From NCBI GenBank assembly GCA_951406725.2, contig OX597819.1:87172001-87236000 (forward strand): DNA of 64,000 bases, written 5' to 3'. The notes under the pieces are model-generated. The model made no database searches. It was not told the origin of the DNA and was given only the letters and a program-made list of their open reading frames with translations. Source of the stretch: Octopus vulgaris (lineage: Eukaryota). The translations under genes were made by a program, and so were the position numbers. Shown here in pieces: positions 51,293-64,000 of this stretch (position 1 is its first letter; every line of letters begins with the position of its first letter).

Positions 51293-53158
51293 ATGGATAC
51301 ATCATACTACAAAAATCTTGTAATTTCCTTGCTTGATGAAGACCTACATTATGAAAACATTACCAACTACACCCCACAAAAAATAATGAAAACTCTATCT
51401 TCACTAATTAAAACCCATGAAAAGGAACTGACAACCAAAGAGATTGATTTCCTAACAAACTTTAAATGCAAACCTAGCCTTTTCTATGGTCTGCCAAAAA
51501 TTCATAAAAGTCAAATTATAAATGAAACCATTAAAATATCACCAAAGACATACATACACACACCTAATCCGGGGGACCTAAAACTACGACCCATTGTAGC
51601 TGGCCCAACCTGTGAAACACACAGACTAAGTCTACTTATGGACATCCTCCTGAAACCCTTCCTTAAACATATCGATAGCCATATCAGAGATGACTTAGAT
51701 ATGTTAAACCACCTTCCAAAAAAAACCAAGGAAGAAACAATCCTGGTTTCATTTGATGTAGTCAACTTGTATACCAGTATACCTCACAATTATGGACTGG
51801 AGGCAATACAGTTCTGGTTAGACCAATTTCCGGAAGAAATACCAAAAAGGATCAGTAAGGAATTCATTACTAAATCAATTGAATTCATCCTACACAATAA
51901 CCACTTCATGTTTGACAATACATTTTACCGTCAAAAATCCGGAATTGCTATGGGTACAAGGGCAGCACCAGTCATTGCGAACTTAACAATGGGATACATG
52001 GAAATAATCATTTACCAGGAATCTCTATCAATCTTTGGAAACTCCCTCTCTCAATACATAAAAGAGAATTGGAAACGATTCCTAGACGATTGTTTCATTC
52101 TCTGGAATGAAAACATAGATAAACTCCTAAAATTTAAAAACCTATTGAACAGCATAAACCCAAATATACAGTTCACAATGGAATACAACCAAAAGGAGCT
52201 CCCGTTCTTGGATATACTAATTAAAAAAATTAACCTTAAAATAGAAACAGACATTTTTTACAAAGCCACAGACGCCAAACAATACCTTCTTTTTAATTCA
52301 TGCCACCCAAGACACACTAAAACAAACATCCCCTTCAACCTTGCAAGAAGGATATGCACAATAGTGTCAGAACAAAATACCAGGAACTTTAGACTGCAAG
52401 AACTCAAAAACACCCTAATTGACAGACATTACCCAGCTCAACTCATAGAGGATGGGATCAGACGTGCAACAGAAATCAACATAGAAACTTTAAGAAAAGT
52501 TCAACACAACAACACACCTTCCCCGAAAATACTACCTTACATATCTACATACAACCCCAGAAACAAAGAAGCCTTCACCATCATCACCCAGAATTTACCA
52601 ATACTTCATAAAAACCCAAAATTAAAGGAAATTCTAAACATACACCAAATCATTAAAAGCTACAAACAGCCTAAATCACTTAAAAAGATTCTCACAAAGG
52701 CAAAATTGTCTTCTAAAATTACGGATGCAAAAGTAAAAAAATGTGGTAGATCGAACTGTGCAACATGTCCTAACCTATTGGAAGGATCAGAATTCTTCTT
52801 TAAAGAGGGACAGAAATTCAAGATCAAATCTAACTTTACTTGTGCCTCTGAAAACATAATTTATGTCATTAAATGCTCGGGCTGCCACCAAGACTACGTG
52901 GGTTCCACGGGACTATCACTCAGGCGTAGATGCACACTGCATCGACAACAGATTGCATTCCCAGAATATAGAATGATACCTTTTAGTGATCACATTGAGA
53001 AATGCGCAAAGCAACTACTGCCACAATTTTTAATCTTCCCATTTTACCAATGTGCTTTCGGATCATCAACACAAATGAGACTGAACAAGGAAACATTCTT
53101 CATTGAAAAGTACAAACCCAGACTCAACCATCCGAACATACTGACACAGAGAAATTAA
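51293..53158 (+). CDS. Penelope-like reverse transcriptase plus GIY-YIG endonuclease (621 aa uninterrupted part of ORF)
   Basis: FYGLPKIHK, LRPIVA, SFDVVNLYTSIP, GIAMGT, RFLDD, CGRSNCATC linker, IIYVIKC...DYVGST. Confidence 0.93.
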   Translation: MDTSYYKNLVISLLDEDLHYENITNYTPQKIMKTLSSLIKTHEKELTTKEIDFLTNFKCKPSLFYGLPKIHKSQIINETIKISPKTYIHTPNPGDLKLRPIVAGPTCETHRLSLLMDILLKPFLKHIDSHIRDDLDMLNHLPKKTKEETILVSFDVVNLYTSIPHNYGLEAIQFWLDQFPEEIPKRISKEFITKSIEFILHNNHFMFDNTFYRQKSGIAMGTRAAPVIANLTMGYMEIIIYQESLSIFGNSLSQYIKENWKRFLDDCFILWNENIDKLLKFKNLLNSINPNIQFTMEYNQKELPFLDILIKKINLKIETDIFYKATDAKQYLLFNSCHPRHTKTNIPFNLARRICTIVSEQNTRNFRLQELKNTLIDRHYPAQLIEDGIRRATEINIETLRKVQHNNTPSPKILPYISTYNPRNKEAFTIITQNLPILHKNPKLKEILNIHQIIKSYKQPKSLKKILTKAKLSSKITDAKVKKCGRSNCATCPNLLEGSEFFFKEGQKFKIKSNFTCASENIIYVIKCSGCHQDYVGSTGLSLRRRCTLHRQQIAFPEYRMIPFSDHIEKCAKQLLPQFLIFPFYQCAFGSSTQMRLNKETFFIEKYKPRLNHPNILTQRN

Positions 53159-53342
53159 CAAGGGAAAGGGAAAAACCATCCGAACATACTGACACAGAGA
53201 AATTAACAAGGGAAAAGGGAAAAAAACTTTTAAGCGATTATCTCCCTTACACCGGAAGAAATCACTCACTACCTCCCCTTATTTAGAAATCTCCTGATAA
53301 TAAATACAACGATAACTCCATGCAATATAAACATAACGTCAC

Positions 53343-53382
53343 AAGAAATTTGAAAAGCTACACGCGAAACCGGTAATTTCTT
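53343..53382 (+). ncRNA. Minimal type I hammerhead motif in PLE 3' UTR (U3-A8 variant)
   Basis: AAGAAAT-TTGAAAA-GC tacac GC-GAAA-CCGG-TA-ATTTCTT; perfect 7-bp stem I, palindromic stem III. Confidence 0.65.
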
Positions 53383-53514
53383 TAAAAATTTTAAAATTAT
53401 GTCATTTTAAGGAAAGGAAAAAAATTTTTCCAATATTCTCCAGACATTTTGACACAAATATATATATTTTTTAACATTTAAGCCTTCTGTCGTTTTTTCA
53501 CACTTTACTATTTT

Positions 53515-53611
<97 letters not shown>

Positions 53612-53661
53612 ATATATATATGCGTGTATGTGTGTGTGTGTGAGTAGTATATTTTGCATAA

Positions 53662-54112
53662 AGCATTGGCGACCCATTTGTTTTTGGGAGGGAGAACGTC
53701 CATAGAGGGCAAAGGAGGATGGACATCCGTAGGGTAGAGGCCGTTTTTAAATATCATTATTCTTTTAACCCCCCCCCAAATGCAAGTTATAAAATACTAC
53801 AGGTCGATGGTTTTACATAATACTTCAATATTTCAGGGTCAGGTCTCCTTCTTCAGGAAATCTTTGGCGAAAAAGTGTTGTTGGATGACTTCTTTTTCCT
53901 TTTCAGGGTTAGCCCTACATTTCCCGAAGTAGAGCTAACCCTGAATTACTGAAAAACCAGGTAAAACAATCAACTTGTATTATTTTCATATCTTGGATTG
54001 ATTTGGCTTTAAAAAAAAGATAATAATTAAAAATGGCCTCCACTCTGCGGACGTCCATCCTCCTCTTCCCTCTATGGAAGGCTTCTCCCCAAACCAAACG
54101 GGACACCATCCA
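53662..54112. repeat. Diverged MITE-like inverted repeat
   Basis: GGAGGATGGACATCCG..GAGGCCGTTTTTAA against TTAAAAATGGCCTC..CGGACGTCCATCCTCC. Confidence 0.65.
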
Positions 54113-54149
54113 GTGACGTATGATTTCAGACGAGTTGGCCAGCTCCGTC

Positions 54150-54650
54150 TGATATGTTTCCAATCGCCCACCATTTATTTCATGCCATTATAGTTCTGGC
54201 CGCCTTCCACCGTATACTGCTCTCAGTAGGCTCGTAGCATGATTTAGACGCTGCAGGCTTCCCTTCCCAGTTTGATCTCGTGAGCCTAGACCGAGCGGAC
54301 GATAAAAATTCTAACGGTATGACATTTCTCCCGTTCCATTGTGGTGGAGCCCCTCATCTGGAATGCCACATACTGTGATACACTGTCCAACGGCAATTTG
54401 GCGTGTTCAGCTACCAGCATAGGCTTTGCTACTCATCAAGCCGAGAAGGGTAAACTGTCAACGCATCGGTTTGTGGTTGAGCCTGTGGTGGTGGAAACAT
54501 TCAGCATTCAAGACCCACGGACCCCATCCTTGCTCACCGCTACTGATGGCTATCCACGAGTGCGAGCCCCGTGGGTCAGAGTGGCTGTTCCAGTGTATCT
54601 TACTCGCCATCCTCCGGAGCATCGCCTTTTCCATTTTATCCGCTAGGACC
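54150..54650 (-). mobile_element. Possible RTE-like LINE endonuclease remnant
   Basis: Minus strand CYEPTE and VGDW resemble APE CYAPT and GDxN; heavily decayed. Confidence 0.35.
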
Positions 54651-55410
54651 ATGACACAAACTGACAAGCTTCTTTAGATATTACTCGTTACTTACAAAGA
54701 TTAGATATTCTTTGAAAATACCGAATGATCAAATTAAAAACCGGTCTGTTATTTTTCAGCCATGTAACAACACGGGTTTTGGAGTATTATTTTCCTTCTC
54801 TCCAAACATTTTCCTATTTCGTTTTTGTGATGAAGAGCCATGTTCGAAACGTCATACCCTCTCTTTTTAACATCTTAAATTGTCTCTGAGTGTGAATTTA
54901 ATACATTCACTGTGTACTCCTTTTGGCATTTGTTGTTCTTCCAGTTTTTGTTTTTGATTTTGATTTGCCTATATATATATAAATATATCTACAATTGATG
55001 AAAGCACATGATTCTGGGTTCAGTGGCACTTTGGGAAAGTGTTTCCACCACATCCTCAGGTCGACTTGTGCCTTGTGAATAAACTTAGTAGATGAACACC
55101 ATGTGAAGTCTCATCGTATGCGTATGAGTGTGTGCCTGTGCTTGTCTTTGGGTTTATGTATTCCTCACCACCGGTTGTTTATGTACCCGTAATTTACAAA
55201 TTCCGACAAAAGGCATTGATAGAATATTAACAGACTTAAAATATAAATACTGTGGTCGATTTGTTCGATGAAACCTTTCAAAGCGGTGCGCCATCATGGC
55301 CACAGTCCAAGCAATGAAATAATTTAAAGATAAAGGAAAAGGTTATACATATTCGTTTTCATTTTAACAGATAATCAAGATAAAGTAGATTTCAAAATTA
55401 CTTTTCCTAC

Positions 55411-55525
55411 CTCGTTTGACTTTTCCACGTTCGTCGAAGAATATTTCAGTCAATTTCCCAAATCGGCTGGAATTCCAATTCAGTATTGTTTTTGCATTGC
55501 CAAACGATTCCAAGATATCATTTGT
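55411..55525 (-). CDS. CHS: Myosin-chitin synthase exon (switch I)
   Basis: [38 protein letters not shown]; 115 nt, phase 0-1. Confidence 0.95.
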
Positions 55526-55684
55526 CTACGTTAAATAAAGTTATATATATATATACAGAGAGAAAGAGAAAGTGAGTGAGTGAGAGAGAGAGAGTGGTAA
55601 GTAAATAAATAGATAGATAAATAGACATGCATATATATGCGTACATATGCACACACACACATACATATGCACATGTATGTGAAA

Positions 55685-56020
55685 TGGTGACCCTCTTCGG
55701 TAATTAATGACCATGGGATTGCACCTAGAAAGTTACCCTCCGAGGCACAAATCCCGGCACTGTTGTTTATGGAAGACCAGCAGTCGCCTATGTATACCAG
55801 CCTCTCCTCTCCACGCCACCGATGTTATCCAAGGGAAAGGTAAAGGCTGATACAACTTGGCACTAGTGACATCACAACTCATTTCTACAGCTGCGTGAAC
55901 TGGAGCAGCGTGAAATAAAGTGTCTTGCTCAAGAACACAACACGCAGCCCGGTCCGGGAATCGAACTCACAACCTCAAGAATGTAAGCTCGACGCTCTAA
56001 CCTCTGAGTAATGCGCCTTC
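55685..56020 (-). mobile_element. tRNA-derived SINE family C
   Basis: Minus strand GGTTAGAGCG...GAGTTCGATTCCC head followed by GTGTTCTTGAGCAAGACACTT; a related head lies at 7080-7200 (+). Confidence 0.7.
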
Positions 56021-56068
56021 ACATATGTATATACATATTTACATTATATTATATTATATTATATTGTA

Positions 56069-56124
<56 letters not shown>

Positions 56125-56129
<5 letters not shown>

Positions 56130-57097
56130 CATATAGATATTGTGTCGGTATCAGTTAGAGGGGTTTGATACATCTAAGAGATAATTAAATTCAAAGTCGC
56201 TCCTGGTTATTACCTGGGTAGGTACAGTCTTTTGTAAGATTGCACGGTAGCAGGTGGTTCGGTTGGTACACCGTGGTTTAGGTTATATAGGAGAAGAAAA
56301 TAGATGTAATAACAAGGGGAAACACGTGGTTTTCGCTGGTATGCCTTTAAGATCGTTTCGATTTACTGGTTTAAGTAAATCTCTTCAGAATGCGAAGACA
56401 GATAGCTGCATCAGTTAGGATGCGAAAGTAATTGATACAGATGTGATGGTAACAGGAGCAAAGGTAGTAAGACTTACATTAAATTTTGTTCTTGCGCTGG
56501 TAATTTCGCTGGGTAGAGGTTTGATGTGGGCCTTTATGTATTTTCAAAATACCGACAGAATAGCCCCTTTTATCTTCAAGCACTAAGAACTTCCTAAACT
56601 CTAGCAATAAGATAATTATTAGTCATAAAACATTTTTAAACCACCCTTTCTAGTCCGATAACCCTGTTAGAGATAGCCCCTTCACCTACACTGTAGAATA
56701 TAAACAAATTGAATACACAAGTGCGAAAAAAAATGTGCTTAATCAAACTCAGAACCCCACACCAGAATAATATTCACCCCGCTCTAATTACCTAATGAAA
56801 TTAACCAGTCTACCACAATGAAACCTCAAGCCAGTGAAATTACCAGCGCAAGAACAAAATTTAATGAAAGACTTACTACCTTTACTTCTATTACCATCAC
56901 ATATGTATCAATTATTTTCACATCCTAACCGATGCATCTGTCTTCGCATTCTGAAGAGATTCACTTAAACCAGTAAATGGAAAGGATCGTAAATGCTACC
57001 TTCATCTTTGCTTCCTTCTTCTTTGTTATCTAATTAAATTAAAGGCATACCAGCGAAAATCACGAGCTTCCCCTTGTTATTACTTCCATTTTCTTAT

Positions 57098-57100
<3 letters not shown>
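56125..57100. mobile_element. Non-coding PLE-like element with inverted arms and hammerhead motifs, between (TA)n
   Basis: About 56285-56512 inverted against about 56832-57102; HHR folds at 56946-56996 (+) and 56343-56393 (-). Confidence 0.7.
56946..56996 (+). ncRNA. Type I hammerhead motif (slightly decayed)
   Basis: GCATT-CTGAAGA-GATTCAC ttaaacca GTAAATG-GAAA-GGATCG-TA-AATGC; the inverted copy has perfect stem II GATTTAC/GTAAATC and GAAAC. Confidence 0.6.
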
Positions 57101-57156
<56 letters not shown>

Positions 57157-57178
57157 TTATATATATATATACACATAC

Positions 57179-57210
<32 letters not shown>

Positions 57211-57687
57211 TTAATCTATTATTGATGTCACAAGCGACTTTACCTCCTAAGTAATATTATTTTTAAAATAATACACCTTAGTTTTTCCTTCTGTTAGATC
57301 AATTTATTAAATAATACAGGAACGCTTTCCTTTTTAAAAGTATTTGGCCAGGTCAAACTAAAGCGTTTGACCCGGTCATAAAAACAAAAAAAAAATAGTG
57401 TAATAGGTGTAAAACAACTTACTCTAAACGAATATAACAAAAAAATGGGCGCTCGTGAAAAGGGGGTGGGGAAGAGGACTCGGAAAATTCACATCGGGAA
57501 TTTCCGAAAGCGTCTGACCCGGGCACAAAAACAAAAAAAAAATAGTGTAACTTGCGCATTTCTAGCATTATGAATCCTAATCCTTGTCGATGTTAATGTC
57601 CGACCTGTCTTATAAACTAAAATTATTATGCCATCATGCAAAATACATGTTTATATATAGAATTAATATAACTCGCATAAAACCTAC

Positions 57688-57915
57688 CTTATTGACTTTT
57701 TCTTCCAAATTGCCCTTCTTCTGATTTCTTTTATATATGATTTTCTTTAAGATATGTTTAGAGATCTCGGTCTTTCCAGCACCTGACTCGCCACTGATAA
57801 GGATACCTTGGTTTTTATCTCCTTCCAGCATGTTTTGATAAGCATTCTCAGCCAGCTGGTACACATGTGGCTGTAGATATTCATCTTCGATGTTGTCATG
57901 GTATTTTTCCAGATG
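57688..57915 (-). CDS. CHS: Myosin-chitin synthase exon (P-loop)
   Basis: HLEKY...PHVYQLAENAYQNM...NQGILISGESGAGKTEISKHIL...; 228 nt, phase 0-0. Confidence 0.95.
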
Positions 57916-58578
57916 CTGAAAATATTTAATTTTACTGTCATTTATGATAGTCTTTATAACGAAAAAGGTATTTTGCTATGTTTTTCTAAATGAATGTCAA
58001 TACGTTTTAAATTTATATACATATAGGAATTTAAATGTTATGGGACCATTGGTGTTGCACCTATAAAGGGCTTAGCAGTATAGGCTACTCATGAGACTCC
58101 AGTAGCTGAAGGTGCATAACCTCACTACAACTGTAGGAAGAACTGCGGCACGATCAGTTACGTTTGTAAAGAAACAAAATATTTGTCCGTGCAGCAGGTA
58201 AGACGGGTTTAGTCTCTCTTACATAGGGTCCGGCTGTGGTGATATTCGAAGGAGCTCCGGTGGGCCTATTCAACGAATGGGCAATTCCAAGTTTGTAGTA
58301 CGAAACGCTTTAGATGCGGGCGTTTTTTAAGAATAATGTATATATATATAAACATATATACATAATCGACCACACGTGCATATTGAAGTTTTTAATATAC
58401 ATATGCACACACATATACTCTACGAAACGCATGCAATCCTTAACAGGGTACTCTGATTTACCCACCGAGAAAAGTTACCAGAGCCTAGCAACTTACTGTT
58501 GTGGTTAGCAGGCATCTAAAATCGACTTGAAAACAAACATAGTTGTCACCGGGATAATATATACCATTAAATTCATCT

Positions 58579-58624
<46 letters not shown>

Positions 58625-58717
58625 CGTAACCCATTAGACCATTGAAGTAATGTAAAATTGTTTTTATTATAAGTGAATATAAAACAAACATATATATATA
58701 TATATATATATACCTAT

Positions 58718-58890
58718 CTCTTTACTACCCACAAGGGGCTAAACACAGAGAGGACAAACAAGGACTGACAAACGGGTTAAGTCGATTATATAGACCCCAG
58801 TGCTTAAATGGTACTTATTTAATCGACACCGAAAGGTTGAAAGGCAAAGTCGACTTCGGCGAAATTTGAACTCAGAACGTAGCGGCAGCG
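58718..58890 (-). mobile_element. tRNA-derived SINE family A
   Basis: Homologous to 4045-4205; B-box-like GTTCAAAT. Confidence 0.75.
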
Positions 58891-58912
58891 CGATAATGTT
58901 TCTGCCAGATCG

Positions 58913-59661
<749 letters not shown>

Positions 59662-59826
59662 AGATAGGGGTTGAAAAATTCAACCCACCATGGGATAACA
59701 TATATCCAATATACTGCTAGATAGGTACCCAACAAGACTAATACATAGATGTTAAAAATTGCCAAGCAATTAGTTCATCTATTGTATTATATGGGCAAAG
59801 GTAATAATATTACCGTAAATTAATAC

Positions 59827-60067
59827 TACAAAATTAGAAAATGGAGAAACATACTTAAATCAATAAAACATCAACTATCAGATGATACCCAATCAATACT
59901 TTATTACACCATTACATATCAGTAAAGGCATTATACAAAATATATAGTAAATATAAATAGACAGGAAATAAAAATATAAAATATAAAATATAATATGTAA
60001 TTATATCATATCTGACTAGTTGATGTTTTATTGATTTAAGTATGTTTCTCCATTTTCTAATTTTGTA
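59827..60067. repeat. About 55-bp inverted repeat between (TA)n tracts
   Basis: TACAAAATTAGAAAATGGAGAAACATACTTAAATCAATAAAACATCAACTA against its reverse complement at 60017-60067. Confidence 0.75.
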
Positions 60068-60544
60068 ATATATATATATACATATATATATATAAATATA
60101 TACACCTTGCACAAATGGAACTAGCGAATTCATCTTTGTAACAGTCTTCATTTTTTTATTTTAATACAACCACTAGCATTTGTTTTATGATAGATTTATA
60201 TCTTTTCTGAATTAACTTAATTTAACTCTCAGAGTTAAGTGTATGAATTACATATCTGTCAGAAATCTATTCGACTTTAGTCCTCTATTATTTAATGTCA
60301 TACAAAATAAGGTTTCTCAAATAATTTCTTTCTCTATAATTTTGTAATAAACGAAGTCTTGCTTCAGAAATCATTTATTTTGAGTCCATAAACTGATCGA
60401 AATTTATTCAACTTATTGAAATAATTCTCTATTTTTATATTTAGGAATGGTCATAACCGTGTGGTTGATCCAATTGCTTTACAGTCATATAGATTCTAAA
60501 TTCGATCGCACCATACGGCTCCTTAAAGAATTTTCTTGCATTAA

Positions 60545-61050
60545 AGCAGGGTTCGGCGAACCGAGGTAAATTACTCTAAGTAATTAAATTTGAAGAAATT
60601 TAAAAAAAGGTGTTCCTTGTTACGACTTCAAGGCTACAGCTATAGAGCATCTTACCAAACTCAAAGAGCGCTTCTCTGACTACTTTCCAGATCTTGATTC
60701 ACATACTGTCAGTTGGGTGGTAGATCCCTTTAAATGTGAAATTGCTGATGTACCAGAAGAGCCTCAAAGGTTTGCAGAGACAATTTTGGAACTTCAATCC
60801 AATAATGAAGCACGTATTGAATTTGAAAAGAAAGATTTGTCACATCTTTGGATGTCAACTCTTGCAAAGGCTTCCGAAATTGCACCTGAGGAGGCAATCA
60901 AACAGTTGTTTTTTGCAACAGCCTAGCTTTGCGAACAAGGATTTTTCACTCTAATGAACATAAAAACAAAGCAGAGAAATTGATTGGACCTCGTAGAATA
61001 TCCAAATTGCTCAGACATGAAAATGTCCCAATTTTGATGTAATTGTAACA
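60545..61050 (+). mobile_element. hAT (Charlie/Buster-like) transposase C-terminal remnant
   Basis: HLTKLKERFSDYFP...WVVDPF...LSHLW...FATA*LCEQGFFTLMNIKTKQRN*LD resembles the hAT dimerisation domain. Confidence 0.8.
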
Positions 61051-61729
61051 AAAATGAAACATCATTTGTGAAAAACTTGAGGTGAAAAAGTTTCTAGAAA
61101 AATCGTTTTTTGTTTCATTATGAAGATATTAATCTATTTTATCCCATTTGCTTTATACTTTTATATTTATAATTGTATTCTCTATATAAATAGATTCAAT
61201 AAACCATTTGAATTCAAGGAATCTATGATTTTCTTCCTTTCAAATCAAGGGAGTAACGTCGGCATAAATAAGTATATTTTGGGGTAATTAATTAAGGACG
61301 TTACCAGGCCCTTGCATTAAACTTTTGTAGTGTACCATCTTTTATGTTTTGTAGTGGAATCTTTTATAGTGGAATCGACTGGGCCTTTCTCCACATCATA
61401 GTATACCATGTAAGTATTAATTATAGTACCGAAGACTATATAATCAATGGAAAAACTCGTGGGGGTGATATTTTGCCATGACCGGAATCAAAAAACTGAT
61501 GCTAGTAAAAATATATATATTTCCTCTCTGTGATATGGAAGTTAGTGTGAAAGATAGTATTTAGTTTTAGTAACAAATTCTTAGCACTCAGTTTGACTCT
61601 ACTAATAAGATACATAGTATATTATCAATATTAACATATACTTCCTACGCATAAGTCGTTTGCGGTTTTATAATTTGTTTCAATAAGATATCAATCCATA
61701 GAGCACCCAAAATTATGATGCATACTTAC

Positions 61730-61795
61730 TTCTTTATCATATATCGCAAGATTCTTGAAAGGATTCAGAGAAATGAGTATTCTTCCGCAGTTTGT
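61730..61795 (-). CDS. CHS: Myosin-chitin synthase exon (motor N-terminal part)
   Basis: TNCGRILISLNPFKNLAIYDKE matches myosin TYxGxILIxxNPF; 66 nt, phase 0-0, CAG/GTAAG. Confidence 0.9.
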
Positions 61796-64000
61796 CTGTA
61801 AAAAATAAAAAAAAAACATGTTAACTATTTTATAAATGATGGGTTGTATATCTTGTAATATTAGCATTTGTATCTCAAAAAAATATGTATTTTTAAACTT
61901 CTTAGCTAACACAAACATATTCGAGGGAGTACTGTAAAGTTCCTGGTTTTAAGAGTATCGCGAAAGGCTTGATCGGAAACCCCACTTCTTTTTTCAGCAC
62001 GTTAACAATATAGAAAAGATATGTCCATATTTTTATTTAATTCTCAGTTTGGTTTTATAATGTTTAAATTCATAATACTATTAATCTCAGTAATATATAA
62101 ACATTTTCCATAAACATGTAAATATTAAATAACTGCAAGCAGCTTTGAGTTATCTACGCATAACGTTTGAAATTTATTTCACTCATTTTACTTTGCGTAC
62201 TCTAATTTCTGTCTGTGAAAGACTAGTTTTATGAGGCTGATTTGCTCTTTATACGTTAAACTAACCCACTGAACCATTAAATTGTATCAGATATTTACAT
62301 TCATATTAATGAAAGAAAACCATTTTATATGAAAAATAAAAGTATTAAAACTGATTGCTGAACGTGACCATTCAGTTTGAATAATCCTCCATGCTGATTT
62401 CTTAACTTTGCTTGCTTTTATGACACACCTGTCTTCACAATTCATTTAAAAACGTACCATATAAAGCGTCTCCTTTTATAGATATATTTTCGATAACCAG
62501 TAATGTTCATCACTAATAAAATTGTGAACCGTCCTCATCCAATTCAATTTTCTTGTAAGAATAATCCACACAGGGAGTTGATACTTGCATCATTACTTCA
62601 AAGCGCAATGACTTTGTTTGGAGTGATTCTGGGCTTAGATGATTCCTGAAGTGTCATCTGGTATGAGTTCCTACTCTGGATTATAGCTCCCCAGGTACGG
62701 GCAAATAGCTTCACTACCTTTTGATGTAAAGACTAGGGAAGAAACACAAAATATATACCTAGAGTAGAGTCTCTAAAGCGGTCTGGTGTTCTTCCGGCAA
62801 CTCCTACTGTCGAACGGGTATCCAACAAACTGCACTCCGTTATAAGACCGAAACGGATATTCAGGCATCGCCATTCCACCAGCCCAAGCTTGCATCCTAA
62901 ATCAGTTACTCCAATGTCATTGTGAATAGCGGTAGTAACAGCAGGGAAGGTGATTAATCTTCACTTGAGCTGAATTTGAAATTCTGACTGACTAGTGATG
63001 CAAAGATGGATGCCAAAAAAGAAGTAATCGACAAAGAATATGAGCATAGAGTGTTGTCTCCTGATCAAGTACTACCAACTGAAAACTAAGCATCCGTGTG
63101 TCAAAAATTTTTATTGTTTTCGTTACACAGAACACGATATGCTAGGAAAAATTAATCGTGTATTGTTATGGGGATAAGGAATATTATAGAAAAACCAGTC
63201 AAGAAACGGACATCAAAATAACTACTCTATGTTAGTAGTGGGAAATATATGGTAGAAAATAGTCCTACGTATATTAAACTAATGCAAATTGATATTTTCA
63301 TTTACCCAATCCTATTTGTTTTAACGTTGGATATTCTGTTATTATAGTCCGGAACAGTTAGGAACACCGGAGACATATTAAGAAGATTGAGCGATATAAA
63401 TTCTGTATAAAATGAAGTATCATATTTTTCACTGTGAATCCTGTCTCTACAGCCCCGATAATTGAGTACCCTTCCAAATATATTTTCCATGAATTATCAG
63501 ACACCCGATTAACCTAAAGATTCAGCATGACAGATAATTTCTCCAACTTCAATTTGAATATCATGAATAATAAAATTAAGCAAATCTATAATTGATAACC
63601 AATTATAATATCGTCTAAATATCTACCATGCTAGATTCCTCCCTGTGTTAATTTATGTATTAATGTCTGAGAAAATCTTTTTACTCTCATCTACACAGTA
63701 ATTCGATAGCACTGCTGCTGCTTACAATGAGGATACTCTTTTAGAACATTGTGCTACATGGATTCATGTGCTGAGAATTAACTTTCTTGGTCACGGACAC
63801 TCATCATCTGCTCTAGTATTATATTCATCCATCAGTACTTCTAAAGAATATGAGTGAAAATGATAGTAGAAATATCAGTGGCAATAACAGAGACTGAATT
63901 TAAATGAGGGAAATAAATCGCTAAAATAAGACTTAAACATGATAGCTTCACAGTTGATAAAATAACAGTACGTATAAATAGCAGTGAATACAGATATTAA

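Larger units (their letters stand above)
49007..53520 (+). mobile_element. Young Neptune-type Penelope-like element with about 1.49-kb 5' inverted copy of its 3' end, between (TA)n tracts
   Basis: 49007-50494 is the near-exact reverse complement of about 52036-53520; (TA)n at 48946-48971 and from 53518; N-terminal INLS..LAKGLKFTPTP region frameshifted near 51015. Confidence 0.93.

Noticed and set aside
57359-57550. About 43-bp imperfect direct repeat pair
   Set aside because: Only two copies; not CRISPR-like; probably internal to an unclassified DNA element
61920-61990. Mariner-like terminal repeat fragment (CGAGGG...AAAGTTCCTGG)
   Set aside because: Single end with no partner repeat or transposase sequence
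62458-62570. Candidate first myosin exon (ELDED-like peptide, GTACGT donor)
   Set aside because: No open frame in phase with the 61795 exon
63302-63490. 62-aa ORF ending near a GTAAA donor-like site
   Set aside because: No recognisable similarity; cannot be linked to the gene
63726-63840. Exon-like segment on the minus strand (TTTAG ... GTAAG)
   Set aside because: Stops in all three frames and no myosin similarity; could be a 5' UTR exon but unsupported

Overview
This is AT-rich, intron-rich, microsatellite-dense metazoan DNA. The SINE, Penelope and Dong repeat content suggests an octopus or other coleoid cephalopod (inference). One minus-strand gene spans nearly the whole window. I reconstructed 22 phase-consistent GT-AG exons (61795 down to 2214; 3158 nt, about 1052 aa). 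They encode a myosin motor domain with no IQ lever arm, an acidic linker and the N-terminal transmembrane region of a metazoan chitin synthase, i.e. a myosin-motor chitin synthase. I did not find the first exon(s) or the GT2 catalytic exons, which probably lie outside the window. The introns are filled by two microsatellite-associated retroelement sets. The (TAA)n set comprises Dong/R4-like RT-REL elements (one with an uninterrupted 998-aa ORF), Tx1/L1-like fragments and a discrete 530-560 bp non-coding unit, stacked into a 9-kb array. The (TA)n set comprises Neptune-type Penelope-like elements and non-coding derivatives with 5' inversions. Several of the latter carry type I hammerhead ribozyme folds. 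The best is a canonical-core hammerhead inside a 493-bp non-coding repeat unit, a retrozyme candidate at 24978-25993. tRNA-derived SINEs, MITE-like hairpins and a hAT remnant are also present.
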